Shown: piece by piece, positions 9,139-19,397 of the stretch
How the letters are laid out: the number at the start of each line of letters is the position of its first letter
Position numbering within the stretch: the stretch's first letter is position 1
NCBI GenBank assembly: GCA_037441385.1
Contig: JBBISH010000037.1
Span: 1-48,014 of the forward strand
Source: Myxococcales bacterium
GTDB lineage: Bacteria; Myxococcota_A; UBA9042
DNA: 48,014 bases
Direction of reading: 5' to 3'
Made by a program: the position numbers and the translations under genes
The notes under the pieces: generated by a model
What the model saw: the letters and a program-made list of their open reading frames with translations, nothing else
Database searches by the model: none
Told to the model about the DNA's origin: nothing

Positions 9139-10113
9139 CTAGAACCCGCCGACGAGCGCCAGGCCGTTCGGCTGGGGGATTACCTGTACGTTTGGGCGAT
9201 ACTTGGGCGCCGGCAACAGCGTCGCCGCCAACACGCCACCCGTCGCCGCGCCCGCCGCCGCGCCCCAAAACAAAAAGGCTTCGCTGCTGGCCCCGCCGGA
9301 TCGGGCCGCGGCATCGCCGATGAAACCGCCCAACAGCAGGCCGCCCGCCGCGGTGACGTCGACCCAAACTACATCGCCCCGCAGCAGCGGGCAGCTGTCC
9401 CACAGGGCCAGGCCAGCCAAGAAGCCCACATCGGCCGCCACCAGGGTCAAGTGGCCATTGATCGTGCGCGTGGCCCCTTGCGAGGCCAGTGCGGTCACTA
9501 CGGCGGACCAGAGCGCCGCGGAATTCGCCAGCGCAATGCGACCGGTCTCGGGATGCCACACCTGCCCGGCCACCGCACCGGCCGCCGTGCCCAGCAGCTG
9601 TCCAGCCACCAAGGTCGAGGGACTCTCACCGAAATTCCCCGCGGTGGCCAGCGCCAGGCCGTTCATGAACCCCAGCGCGCTACCCGAGTTGATGAGGGCG
9701 GCCTGGTGGGGGCGCAGCGCCGAGCCCACCGTAGCACCGGCCATGCCTCCCAAGGCGCTGCCCGCCAGCCACGAAATTGCCTTGTCGCTGCAGTGGGCCA
9801 GTCCGCAGAGTTCCAACCCCAGCAAACCCCCGTGAAGCGCTTGAAAAGTGCCGAGCTCTACCGCGCCCGCGCCCTTCCAGTCGCTCTCGCCCAAGGCTTC
9901 ACTGCTCGGGGACGCCGGCGAGGCCGTTCGAGGCAGCGGCGCCGCGTCGACAGGTGCCGAAGTCCAAGCAAGGGTCGCAATGGCCCACACCAGCAGCAGC
10001 TTTGCGCCTGAAGCCAAGGCACTGCCTTGCCGCCCGCCACTCGCACAGCTTCGCCGCGGCCGCAGCCGTCTCGGCAGGTTGGCCCAATTAGGCTGGTCTT
10101 GGCCGCGCAGCAT
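9139..10113 (-). CDS. Gly-rich membrane/outer-membrane protein, paralog of the next gene
   Basis: Shares FQxxHGxLxGxELC, LRPHQAxLINSG and PQPNGLALxGxF with 10116-11009; start inferred. Confidence 0.7.
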   Translation of the reverse strand: MLRGQDQPNWANLPRRLRPRRSCASGGRQGSALASGAKLLLVWAIATLAWTSAPVDAAPLPRTASPASPSSEALGESDWKGAGAVELGTFQALHGGLLGLELCGLAHCSDKAISWLAGSALGGMAGATVGSALRPHQAALINSGSALGFMNGLALATAGNFGESPSTLVAGQLLGTAAGAVAGQVWHPETGRIALANSAALWSAVVTALASQGATRTINGHLTLVAADVGFLAGLALWDSCPLLRGDVVWVDVTAAGGLLLGGFIGDAAARSGGASSEAFLFWGAAAGAATGGVLAATLLPAPKYRPNVQVIPQPNGLALVGGF

Positions 10114-10115
10114 CG

Positions 10116-11009
10116 CTAGAACGCTCCGCCCAGCGCCAGCCCATTCGGTTGGGGCAAGAGTTGCACGCTCAATGGCTTGTCGGGCAGCGGCACCAGCGTC
10201 ACGGCCAGGATCGCACCCAACGCCGCCCCGGCTGCCGCACCTGCGTACAGGCCGCGATCGCCGCCCCAATTCGCCAGCTTGCCCACTACGGCGCCGCCCG
10301 CGCCACCCAGCCACAGTCCCAGGGCCCCCGCCAGGTCCACCACGGCCAGCCTGGCCCGCGCCTGCGGCTTGCTGTCCCAGGCCACCAGGCCAAAAAGATA
10401 GGCGGCGTCGGCCGTTGCCATCGCCCACGCGGCATTGCTGCTGCGCCCGGCGGCATTGCGGGCCAGCGTCACGGTGGTCGCCGTCCACAGCGCCGCCGAG
10501 TTGGCCATCGCCAGGCGGCCATTCTCGGGGTGCCACAGCTGCCCGGCCAGCGCGCCCACGGCGGTGCCGACCAGCTGTCCGGTGATCCAGATCCTGGCGT
10601 CGTCGCGGCTGTTGTCGTCCCAGCTCAGCGCCACACCGTGCAAAAGCCCCAGCGCCGTCCCCGAGTTGATGAGCATGGCCTGGTGGGGCCGCAGCTTCAG
10701 GCCCGCCGCGCCACCGGCCAGGGCGCCCAACCCCGCGCCCACATACAGGTACGGCGGAAGTTCCTTGGACCGGCACTGCGGCCTTTGGCACAGCTCGGCA
10801 CCGATGAGCGCGCCGTGGATCGACTGAAAAATGCCCAGCTCCAGTGCGGCGGCGCCGGCCCACGTGCTCTCGTCCTGGTTTGCGTCGTGGTCGTCCGTGG
10901 TGCTGGCGGCGGGCAAGGCGGCGGGAGCGGGTTCTTGGCTGATCGCGGGCGCCGTCACCAGCCCTGCAATCGCACACAAAATCAGCACCCGGCGGCCTAC
11001 CACAACCAC
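10116..11009 (-). CDS. Gly-rich membrane/outer-membrane protein
   Basis: Signal peptide, glycine-zipper-like helices, C-terminal Phe; tandem paralog. Confidence 0.75.
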   Translation of the reverse strand: MVVVGRRVLILCAIAGLVTAPAISQEPAPAALPAASTTDDHDANQDESTWAGAAALELGIFQSIHGALIGAELCQRPQCRSKELPPYLYVGAGLGALAGGAAGLKLRPHQAMLINSGTALGLLHGVALSWDDNSRDDARIWITGQLVGTAVGALAGQLWHPENGRLAMANSAALWTATTVTLARNAAGRSSNAAWAMATADAAYLFGLVAWDSKPQARARLAVVDLAGALGLWLGGAGGAVVGKLANWGGDRGLYAGAAAGAALGAILAVTLVPLPDKPLSVQLLPQPNGLALGGAF

Positions 11010-11566
11010 CCCACGTTCAGACCGGCCATTGGCGCCACGTCGCGCACGGTGGCGTCGTCGCGCAGCGTGCCGCAGCAGCTGGTCGTGGTCGAGATCCAGC
11101 GCGCGCGCGCCCCCAGCTGCCCCTCGGCAAACAGTCCGCCATACGCCGCCGTGAGCCGCCCTGCCAGGAACAGGCCCAACGCCGCCCCGTGGCTGGCCCC
11201 GGTGGTCAGCTCGAATTCACTGGTGGATTCACTGGTTTTGTGCTCGTAGCGCAGCTCGGCGCCCAGCAGGATGCCCCGGCGCGCGTCGCCCAGCAGCGCG
11301 TGCATCGCCTGCACGCCGCCGCCCAACGTCGCGTGGCTCTTGGCGAACGGCTTCGTGGTCGATTGACCGCCGCCCGCCGCCAGAATCGCCAGCACGTACT
11401 TGGGGTTCCGCCACTCGCCGCGCAGTTCCACCACGTCCACCAGCACCCGCAGCGGCGCCAGCGACATGCCCCACCCTGCCGGCGGGGTGCGCCCAAAGGC
11501 CCACGCCGGCGCGGCGAGCAAGGCCCCCAGCGCGACAAAGAGGAGTCCAGCCAGAAACTTACGCAC
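10997..11566 (-). CDS. Putative small outer-membrane beta-barrel protein
   Basis: GTG 11566 overlapping the upstream stop; signal peptide ending AWA; amphipathic strands; ends GLNVGWLW. Confidence 0.7.
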   Translation of the reverse strand: MRKFLAGLLFVALGALLAAPAWAFGRTPPAGWGMSLAPLRVLVDVVELRGEWRNPKYVLAILAAGGGQSTTKPFAKSHATLGGGVQAMHALLGDARRGILLGAELRYEHKTSESTSEFELTTGASHGAALGLFLAGRLTAAYGGLFAEGQLGARARWISTTTSCCGTLRDDATVRDVAPMAGLNVGWLW

Positions 11567-13514
11567 GCCGCCGCCGCAGGGCCACCACTCCGCCGGCCAA
11601 GCCGAGCAGGGCGAACCACGCGCCAAACCAGCGGTTGCGCCCGGTGCCACAGCCGCCGGGATCCGCCGCCGCTTCCGCCGCCGCCGACTTGAAGTGCACG
11701 GGCGGGTCGCTCGCCGGCAATTTCACCCGCGCTTCCGCGACCTTCAGGGTCATGCCATCCGGCAGCGACTTCTTGCCCGGCTGAGCACCCGCGATGGCCG
11801 TGTCGACCAGGCTGATCTGGTCGGGAGCCACCGGCTGCGGCGCGCTGCCTTCGTCGAGCAGCTCCACCACCCAGGCAGCCGGCATCGCCGCCAGGCGCGG
11901 ATCCGCAGGCGACACGAAGGTGCCGGTGCAGAATGAGCACGACGGCGGGAAGCCCTTGATCAGGTAGCTGCGATCGATGCCCGTCACGCGCAGCCGCGTG
12001 GTGTCGGCGGTCGAATCGCCCTGCGAGCAAACCCCCGTCACGGTGGCGGCGTAGCGGCGCTGCACGTCGGGCAGGCTGGCGTTGAAGGCGAACACCGGGT
12101 CGCGGTCCATCTCTTTGGGCGAGATGCGCAGCACCAGGCGCGTCAAGGTCTTTTGCTTTGCCAATAGCTCGAGTGCCTGCTTGGTGCCGTCGGCAAACGC
12201 CCCCAACTCGGCATAAAGCTTGGCTCCGTCCACCTTGGCGGCGGTACTGGAGATACCCGAATACCCTGCGCCGACAAAGCTTCCCGTCTCTTGAGTGGCC
12301 ACCCAGTCCACGCTCGTCGAGGTCACCGCCGCGTTGAGCATCGTCACCACCTCGTCGGCCAGCGGCAACTGCGAGGTCTTGAGCGCTTTGGCAACGTCGG
12401 CCACCGTCGCTACATCCTTGAAAGCACTGATATCCAAGCGCTTCGCGTCGACAAGCGCACCGGTGCCATAGGCCTTGCTGTTGGGCGCAGGTCCGCCCAT
12501 CGAGCCCGGCAGCGGCGTGCCGTCCAGCGGGTGAGCGTACTGCACCGCCGCCACCGTCGCTTTGGTGTCATTGCCCTCGACCTGCACGGCCGCCATCGGC
12601 TGGGAGTACTCGGTCACAAAGGCCCGGCCGGCCGCCTCGTCGATCGCCGCCGCCAGCAGCTGGTCGTAGTTCTGGCCGGCGTTCTGCCAGCTGAGCTTGA
12701 GCGGATTGACCTCGATATGCATGTGATTCTTGGGGATCGCTCGCCCCGGACCGGCCAGGTACACCACCACCTGCATGTCGTCGACCGCAGCCACCGACGT
12801 CAGCCGCAGCGGCACGCACGGATCGGCGTCGTCCATCTGGAAGCTGACCGGGCGGATGGCATCGATGCCGGCGTCGTTCTTCAGCTTCAGCGCGACGAAG
12901 ACGTCGCCCTTCTTTACGTGGCCGTCGATGATCGGCAGCGCGGCCGCCGGGGTGGCGTAGCCCTGGGCGTTGAGCCAATTCAGCAGGTCGTCGCTTTTGT
13001 CGCTGGCGATGATCTGGTAGTCATACGGGCCAACGCTAGCTGATTCCAGGACTTGCACGTGGGTCGTGCGGCCGTTGGTCGGCGCGCTGTTGCTAGTGGA
13101 AGACTCTTGGGCACTGCCCGCCGCGGCCAAGTCCTCGCCACAGCCAAAACCCCCGCCGGAGCTCGCGTACACCGGCACGGAGCAATTCTCGCGCGAGGCA
13201 TTGTAAGTCAGCGAGAACCTTGGTGCCGCCGCCTGATCGAGCCGGTCGAACAGGTACTGCGAGCCCACGCCCAGCTTGGGCTTTTTGGGCATCGGCACCA
13301 CCCAGCCAAAGTCCTGCGGCTGGCCCTGGTAGCGCACCTCGACCCAGGTAAGGGCTTGCTTTGTCACTGGATCACGGACGAACAGCACCCGCTCGGCCTT
13401 TTGCTCCACCGTGCTGGGACCGGGCGGGGCCACGCACGCACCGCACGCCCAAGCCGGGCTCGCGGAAAGCAGGTACAGGGCAAGTGTGGGCACCGCCAGC
13501 AGAAAACGCGTCAT
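11559..13514 (-). CDS. DUF2330 domain protein with MYXO-CTERM-like anchor
   Basis: GGAGG RBS; AWACG, FGWVVPMP, VGPYDY, FVALKL, VPLRLT motifs; C-terminus GGC...TM...RRRRA. Confidence 0.88.
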   Translation of the reverse strand: MTRFLLAVPTLALYLLSASPAWACGACVAPPGPSTVEQKAERVLFVRDPVTKQALTWVEVRYQGQPQDFGWVVPMPKKPKLGVGSQYLFDRLDQAAAPRFSLTYNASRENCSVPVYASSGGGFGCGEDLAAAGSAQESSTSNSAPTNGRTTHVQVLESASVGPYDYQIIASDKSDDLLNWLNAQGYATPAAALPIIDGHVKKGDVFVALKLKNDAGIDAIRPVSFQMDDADPCVPLRLTSVAAVDDMQVVVYLAGPGRAIPKNHMHIEVNPLKLSWQNAGQNYDQLLAAAIDEAAGRAFVTEYSQPMAAVQVEGNDTKATVAAVQYAHPLDGTPLPGSMGGPAPNSKAYGTGALVDAKRLDISAFKDVATVADVAKALKTSQLPLADEVVTMLNAAVTSTSVDWVATQETGSFVGAGYSGISSTAAKVDGAKLYAELGAFADGTKQALELLAKQKTLTRLVLRISPKEMDRDPVFAFNASLPDVQRRYAATVTGVCSQGDSTADTTRLRVTGIDRSYLIKGFPPSCSFCTGTFVSPADPRLAAMPAAWVVELLDEGSAPQPVAPDQISLVDTAIAGAQPGKKSLPDGMTLKVAEARVKLPASDPPVHFKSAAAEAAADPGGCGTGRNRWFGAWFALLGLAGGVVALRRRRA

Positions 13515-13639
13515 CGGAACCTCCGTGCGGTTACTGTGCCAAATCCCGCGGCTTTTGCGCAAGGGCTATCTGCTCTCCCTTGTCGGAGGGCCACGAGCGT
13601 CGAGCCTTTGCCAGAAACCTTTGCGATGATCAGCACTTG

Positions 13640-13765
13640 GCCCTCACCCCGCAGCCTACGGCGGCAGCCCCTCTCCCAACGCATTGGGCGAGGGGCAAGT
13701 CATTTTCCTTTACCCCTCGCCCACTTAAGTGGGAGAGGGGTCGGCCGCAGGCCGGGGGTGAGGGC
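13640..13765. repeat. Intergenic palindromic (REP/CIR-like) element
   Basis: GCCCTCACCCC...CCCCTCTCCCA / TGGGAGAGGGG...GGGGTGAGGGC nested inverted repeats. Confidence 0.85.
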
Positions 13766-13808
13766 TTTCGGCGCCGCGTCAGAGCAGGCAAGCGGTAAGG
13801 CAGTCAAT

Positions 13809-15362
13809 CTACTGCATCGGATAGGCGCAACGGAAGCCGACAAAGGGCACCGCCGGCTGGCCCGGCCCACGTTGCAGCCAGCGCAGCAGCGGATCGCGCG
13901 GCCGCGGCGGGTCCACGGCGCCGCCGTGGTACAAGTGCTCGCACTTGCTGGCGTCTTTGCAGTCGGGCAGTTGGTCGCCCGTGTAGCCAAAAAGCGCATT
14001 CGGGAAAGCGTCTTGCGCCCACTCGCCGGTCTTGGGCGACTGCTCGGGCGGCGTCGCGAGGCGCTGCGCGACTTCCCATTGCGCCACCGTGGGCAGTGCG
14101 CCGCCGTTCGCCTGGCAAAACGCGCTGGCCTCAGGCCAGTGGATGCGGTTCATCGGCAGGTCGCGGGCGCCGATCTTCAAGTTGCCGCCGCGCGCCACCT
14201 GCCTGGCCAGCAGGGCCGGGTCGTGGTTCTTCAGCCAATCGCCGTACTTGCCCGCCGTCACCGGCCGCTGGTCGATGCAGAACGCCGCCACTTTGGTTGC
14301 CGGCAGCTTGCCCTGCGGTTCGGGCCAGGTCGGCCGCGGGAACGGGCCGCGCCGCAAGTGCAGCGTCTTTTCAGCGACTTGTAGGGTGCCGGCTGGGCAG
14401 CCTCCTGCTGCGGCCACGGGCGCGGGCTCGGCCGGCACAGCTGCGGCTGGCTCGGGTTCGGGCGGTGCCGCAACCTCGCTTGCGGGCTGGGGAAGGGCTT
14501 CGGGGGTCGGCGGGGCCGCTGGTTCGGCGGGGGGGGGCGCGGCCGCAGCGACCGCGGTTGGCTCGGGGCCTGCTGCTGCTCCCGATCCTGAACCTGTTCC
14601 TGTGCCTGAGCCTGAACCTGAGCCTGAACCTGAACCTGAACCTGTTCCGGAACCGGAGCCGGATCCTGAACTGGTGCTCGAGCCGGAATCCCGAGCCGCC
14701 ACATGCTCTTGCGTGCTCGGCTTGACCACCCAGCCAATCGCCACGCCCGCACACAGCGCGGCCGCCAGGCCCACCAGGGTCCACGTCCGCCGCGCGCGCG
14801 CCGCGCCGACCGGGTCGGGCCCCAGCTGCTGCTTCAGGCGGGTGATCTCGTTGCGCGCCAGATGCAGGTTGGTGCGGTACTCGTCGTTTTCCTTGGCCAA
14901 CCGGTAGTCGTTGGGCACGCGCGGGGTCGGCGCTTCCAGGTCGGCCACTGCCCCCATCAGCGCGTCGGACATCGGCCGAGCGTGAGCCGAGTCGTGGAAC
15001 AGCCAACGCACCACCATCGGCACCGCGCGCACGCAAGCGTCCAGCGTGGTGCGGTCCGTGTCCAGCTCGGCGACCTGGCCGGGCAGGGTGCCGGCGGTGC
15101 GCAGCGTCTCGATGTAGGCGGCGACCGCGCCCGTCAACTTGCCGTTTTCTACCAGGTATTCGGCCAGGTGGTCCAGGTCGAGCGGCGTGTCTTCGTCGCC
15201 CAGCAGCCACAGCATGGCCTCGCCGATGCGGCGCGCGTGCCAGACCAGCACGTCGTGGCGGCCGGCGCGGTATTCGGCGCAGGTCAGGGTACTGGCCTCG
15301 ATCACCGCAAAGTACTTGCGGATTCGGTTCTCGTCCAGGCGTGGGGTGGGCGGGGTAAACAC
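13809..15362 (-). CDS. Membrane-anchored protein with C-terminal FGE-sulfatase (SUMF1)-like domain and DUF4145-like N-terminus
   Basis: [22 protein letters not shown]...[16 protein letters not shown] motifs; TM helix followed by GS/Pro linker; GTG start inferred. Confidence 0.75.
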   Translation of the reverse strand: MFTPPTPRLDENRIRKYFAVIEASTLTCAEYRAGRHDVLVWHARRIGEAMLWLLGDEDTPLDLDHLAEYLVENGKLTGAVAAYIETLRTAGTLPGQVAELDTDRTTLDACVRAVPMVVRWLFHDSAHARPMSDALMGAVADLEAPTPRVPNDYRLAKENDEYRTNLHLARNEITRLKQQLGPDPVGAARARRTWTLVGLAAALCAGVAIGWVVKPSTQEHVAARDSGSSTSSGSGSGSGTGSGSGSGSGSGSGTGTGSGSGAAAGPEPTAVAAAAPPPAEPAAPPTPEALPQPASEVAAPPEPEPAAAVPAEPAPVAAAGGCPAGTLQVAEKTLHLRRGPFPRPTWPEPQGKLPATKVAAFCIDQRPVTAGKYGDWLKNHDPALLARQVARGGNLKIGARDLPMNRIHWPEASAFCQANGGALPTVAQWEVAQRLATPPEQSPKTGEWAQDAFPNALFGYTGDQLPDCKDASKCEHLYHGGAVDPPRPRDPLLRWLQRGPGQPAVPFVGFRCAYPMQ

Positions 15363-15420
15363 GCGGCAAGGGTGCGCCCGCGGCGCAGTTTTGTCAAAAC
15401 TTTCAGACCGATCGCCGCTG

Positions 15421-16581
15421 CTACCGGGCCCGCCGCAGCTTGGGGTGCGGATCGGTGCAGGCGTCGCGCAACAGGTTGAGATAGTTGCTGATCGCTGTGT
15501 CCAGCTGGAACCGCCGCAGCGCTTGCGGCGGCGCCGGTAGCGGCCGTTGCCGCAGGACCTGCAGGATGGCCTGGGCCAGGGCCGGCGCGTCGCCACAGGG
15601 CACCAGCGCTCCCAGCGGGCCGAACTCCGAATTCTCAAGGATTTCCGCAGTGCCCGAGGCCGTCCGCGTCGCCACCACCGGCGTGCCGATGGCCAGCGAC
15701 TCGACCAGCACCGTGGGCAGCGCCTCGCGCACCGACGACTGCACGAACACTGCCGCCCTCTGCAACATCCCGTACGGATTGGCAAAGAACCCGGGAAACT
15801 GCACCGCCTCGTCCAGCCCCAGCTCGCGGGTCAGCGCCTGCAGCCGCGGCAGCTCCGGCCCCTCGCCCAGGATCAGCAGCCGCGCCGGCAACTCCTTGCA
15901 CACCAAAGCAAACGCCCGCAGCAGGGTGGGGTAGTCCTTGTCGGGCACCAGCCGGCCGCAGCCCAGCACCACCGGCGGCTGGCCCAGTGCCTGGCCCTGT
16001 TGCAGCCACGGGTGATCCACGCTCGCCGCCGCCTTCTGCAGCAATTCCGGCGTGATGATGGGGTTGTAGATGACGTCCAGGCTGGCGCGCTCCAGGTGCG
16101 CGTAGGCGGCCAAGCTGTCGGCCACGCCGCTGGCCACGGCCACGATGCGGTCGGCGCGGCCGTACAGGTGCGGTACCAGCGCCATGACCACCCGCTCGTT
16201 CCTGGGCATTTCCGCAGCGGTTTTGCCGATGGCACTGGAGTGGTGGCCCAGGACCAGCTTGGTCGCCACGCCCCAGCGGGTCCGCGCCAGCGCCCGCGCC
16301 GCCACCGCCACCACGTTGGCGTGATCCTGGGCGGTCAGCAAGACATCCGGCCTGGTTTCATGCAGGTAACGGGCCAGCGGCAGCACCGCCCGCAGCACCC
16401 GCCCCGCGCCCAGGTCGCGCAGCGTCACGGTGGCCGGCACCTCGGCCAAGTACACGCCCTGGCGACTGGCCAGCACCAGCTCCACCGTCTCGCCGCGCTC
16501 GGCCAGCCCGCGGGCCAGGTGCACGAACACCCGCTCGACGCCGCCGCCACCAAGGTTGGGAAGAAACAGGGCGATTTTCAT
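15421..16581 (-). CDS. Glycosyltransferase family 4
   Basis: MKIALFLPNLGGGGVERV, IYNPI, GRLVPDKD, SSVREALPTVLVES. Confidence 0.92.
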   Translation of the reverse strand: MKIALFLPNLGGGGVERVFVHLARGLAERGETVELVLASRQGVYLAEVPATVTLRDLGAGRVLRAVLPLARYLHETRPDVLLTAQDHANVVAVAARALARTRWGVATKLVLGHHSSAIGKTAAEMPRNERVVMALVPHLYGRADRIVAVASGVADSLAAYAHLERASLDVIYNPIITPELLQKAAASVDHPWLQQGQALGQPPVVLGCGRLVPDKDYPTLLRAFALVCKELPARLLILGEGPELPRLQALTRELGLDEAVQFPGFFANPYGMLQRAAVFVQSSVREALPTVLVESLAIGTPVVATRTASGTAEILENSEFGPLGALVPCGDAPALAQAILQVLRQRPLPAPPQALRRFQLDTAISNYLNLLRDACTDPHPKLRRAR

Positions 16582-16785
16582 CAGACGGCGGGCCAGGGCA
16601 AGGCGCAGTTGCGTTGCGCGACGGCGAGGATACGGGGTTTTGGCGAAGGTGTCGCGGGGCGGCCGGTGCTTGGTTCGATGGCAGCGCATTGACACGTGCA
16701 TCGTTCAAGTCCAGGCTGGCAAGGACTACGGCGACTCGCCAGCGCCAGCCACAGGTGCCGCAACGGTGCCATCGGAGGTCCGCAG

Positions 16786-18495
16786 ATGCGTAGTTGTTTT
16801 GGTCGCTTTTCAACCCATCTCCTGACATTGGCGACCTTCGCGGTGGCCAGCGCGGCGAACTCGGGCTGTGAAAGTGGCGCGGCTGCGGTGGCAAGTGGAC
16901 CGGACACCAACGCGGACGCTGCCGATGCTGTCGCCAGCAAGCCGCCGATCCAGATCGACTTCCTGTGGATGGTGGACCACTCGTCGTCGATGTGCCAGGA
17001 ACAGCAGCAACTGGCTGCGGCGTTTCAGGGCTTTGTGGCCAACCTGCAGAGTGCGGCGCTGGCGGCTGGGACCGGCGGCATCGACGCGCAGATGGCGGTG
17101 GTCACCGTGCAGCAGCTGGCGGACAGTTCCGAGATCAAGAAGGTCGGCCAGTTCGTGCACAAGCCTGCCACCGACTACCCGCCGGCCTGTATCGAGCGCT
17201 TCAAGTACCCTTGTTTAAAAGACGCTGACTGTACTAATCCTATTCCGTTCAAGCTATATAACTACGACCCCGATTCCAGCATGTGCGTCGAATCCGGCGA
17301 ACTGACGTCCGAGCCATTGCTCGCCGGCAACTATGCGTGCAAGGCCAACACGGAAAACCCGCAATTCAACAACAACGACAACTGCTCGGTGAACACTTCC
17401 TGCCAGCCGCGCTGCACCACCGACGCCGACTGCTACGCGCTGTATGAACCGGATGTGCCCGCAAGTGCGCACACCGTCAAGTGCAACAAGGCCACCACCA
17501 CGCCGGGCTGCATGTTCGCGCCGCCAACCAAGGATTGCCCAGCGCCCGCGGACCTGCCCGCCATCGTCCACCAGAGTGAGCCGCTGAAGGACGGCACTGG
17601 CAAGGTCATTGGCAGCCAACTCGACCTGTTCCATTGCCTGGCCTCGGTGGGCGCCATCCAGACCAAGGAGGCCAAGTTCGAGGGCGGGCTGCGCTCGCTG
17701 TGGCAAGCCCTGGACCCCAAAGGCATCAACTGTCCAAACGGCTCGGGTCCGGACTGCCAAAACTCCCAGCTGATCCGGCCGGGCGCGCTGCTGGTGCTGG
17801 TGACCATCTCGGACGACGACGACTGCTCGTACTCGTTTGATATTACGCTGGAGCCCCAGAAAGGGCAGCAATTCCCCGCCGAGTTTCAGACCTATTGTCA
17901 AGCGTATGGCGACGCCGTGGCAGCCAACACCGACTTGAACAACGGTGCTTGTAGGTACGCTCAACTCAAAGATAAGCAGGGCGGCGATCCGCCGCGCACT
18001 TGCCCAACCGACTGCCTGTCGCTGCCCGCCGGTTCAGCTGAACGGACCACCTGCGAAACGGCGGCCGCAACTTCGATCGCGAATCTTATCGCCGAAACGC
18101 CCGCGCTCAAGTCGCCGCTCATCGCCCCGGTCAGCGACTTCGTCCAGCGTTTCAAGTCCTTGAAGGACAAGCCCGAGCGGGTCTTGTTCGCCACCATCAC
18201 CGGCGACTCCCCCGCCACCAAGGCCAAGGCGGGCCTGACCCTGGCCGAGCAGAAGACCCTGGACCGCGCCAGCTACTACCTGTCGTTCATGAAGAACCAG
18301 GCGTCGATTCAGGCCCCGTACATCTGCAACGGCCCGACGGGCGAGTCGGGCTACGGCTCGCGCTACATCGCGGTGGCGAAGGCGATGGGGGCTTCTGGGT
18401 TTGCCTACAACATGTGCGATCCCAAGGGCTTGGCCGCGACGCTGCAGGGGATGGCGGGCGACATCGTGCAGCGGGCGGTGCAGCTGGGGCTGTAG
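16786..18495 (+). CDS. vWA-domain Cys-rich lipoprotein (myxobacterial type)
   Basis: GGAGG RBS; IDFLWMVDHSSSMCQEQ (MIDAS DxSxS), LIRPGALLVLVTISDDDDCS. Confidence 0.8.
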   Translation: MRSCFGRFSTHLLTLATFAVASAANSGCESGAAAVASGPDTNADAADAVASKPPIQIDFLWMVDHSSSMCQEQQQLAAAFQGFVANLQSAALAAGTGGIDAQMAVVTVQQLADSSEIKKVGQFVHKPATDYPPACIERFKYPCLKDADCTNPIPFKLYNYDPDSSMCVESGELTSEPLLAGNYACKANTENPQFNNNDNCSVNTSCQPRCTTDADCYALYEPDVPASAHTVKCNKATTTPGCMFAPPTKDCPAPADLPAIVHQSEPLKDGTGKVIGSQLDLFHCLASVGAIQTKEAKFEGGLRSLWQALDPKGINCPNGSGPDCQNSQLIRPGALLVLVTISDDDDCSYSFDITLEPQKGQQFPAEFQTYCQAYGDAVAANTDLNNGACRYAQLKDKQGGDPPRTCPTDCLSLPAGSAERTTCETAAATSIANLIAETPALKSPLIAPVSDFVQRFKSLKDKPERVLFATITGDSPATKAKAGLTLAEQKTLDRASYYLSFMKNQASIQAPYICNGPTGESGYGSRYIAVAKAMGASGFAYNMCDPKGLAATLQGMAGDIVQRAVQLGL

Positions 18496-18551
18496 GGGCG
18501 GCCAGGAAACCCGGAATTACTGCGGGTTGCGATGGGGACCACTAGCGCTAT

Positions 18552-18573
18552 GTGGCAAGTGGCAATACCTGAC
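18552..18573 (+). repeat. Solo degenerate copy of the RAYT-element terminal repeat
   Basis: GTGGCAAGTGGCAATACCTGAC vs GTGTCAAGTGTCAATACCTGAC (20/22 identical). Confidence 0.75.
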
Positions 18574-18590
18574 ACCTGGCTCCACGCTGC

Positions 18591-19166
18591 CTACTTGCCA
18601 GGCGCCGGATTTGGCTTGGGGTTCTGCGCGTGGCACTGAGCATCCAGCTTGCCCAGGGCGGCAAAGACCTTTGCCTGCACCGCGGCTGTCGCCACGGGCG
18701 GCAACAGAGCGTACGCGTTGATGTATTCTGTGTGGCCCGCGCTCGTGATTGCGACGCTTTGCACCGGCGAGTCGGGCACGGGTTTGGCGGCGTGCTCGAA
18801 GTCGACCTCGGTGAGCGCCAGCAGCAGAGCCCGCACGTCGGCCAAGTCCAGGTGCACGGCCCATTTTTCACTCTTCTGCCCACCGGCCGGGTAGGTGATA
18901 CGTTCGAACTCGCCCGCGCCCTTGGCGTCGACCTGCCAGCGCTGGACCGGGGGCGGCACCCCGCCGCCGGACATCAAGAAGGCCACGCCCAGGTCGCTGG
19001 GCCATTCTTTGACGAGGCGCGACAACTGCTTGGCGTAGGGCTGGACGGTGGGGGTTGGCATGGCGCGGCTCGGGGCGGGCGCGGCCTGGGCGGGCGCGGC
19101 GCAGATGGAGAGGGCGATCCACGCCGCGGTCACGAACCCGGCGATCGATGAGCGGCAGGCTAGCAT
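18591..19166 (-). CDS. Secreted hypothetical protein
   Basis: AAGGAG RBS, signal peptide ending AQA. Confidence 0.7.
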   Translation of the reverse strand: MLACRSSIAGFVTAAWIALSICAAPAQAAPAPSRAMPTPTVQPYAKQLSRLVKEWPSDLGVAFLMSGGGVPPPVQRWQVDAKGAGEFERITYPAGGQKSEKWAVHLDLADVRALLLALTEVDFEHAAKPVPDSPVQSVAITSAGHTEYINAYALLPPVATAAVQAKVFAALGKLDAQCHAQNPKPNPAPGK

Positions 19167-19397
19167 GGTGGCTCCTTGGCGGCTGGGCGGGTCGCAGACA
19201 CTCTGCAAGCTTACCGCGCTTGGGCCCGGCGGTCGAGCCAGAAAGCTGCCGCGGGGCGGCTCGACGCCCATCCCGCCGCAACCGTGGCGAAACTGTGGCC
19301 AATCGCTGGGGACGACCCAATGCACTGCGTTGACTGTCGGCCCGCAACCGCGTACACGGGTGCTGTACACCACCACGGGTGGGGCAAGAGGTTCGCG

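Noticed and set aside
13526..13542. TTGGCACAGTAACCGCA sigma54-like site before the DUF2330 gene
   Set aside because: Poor -12 element, and the implied TSS would fall downstream of the RBS.
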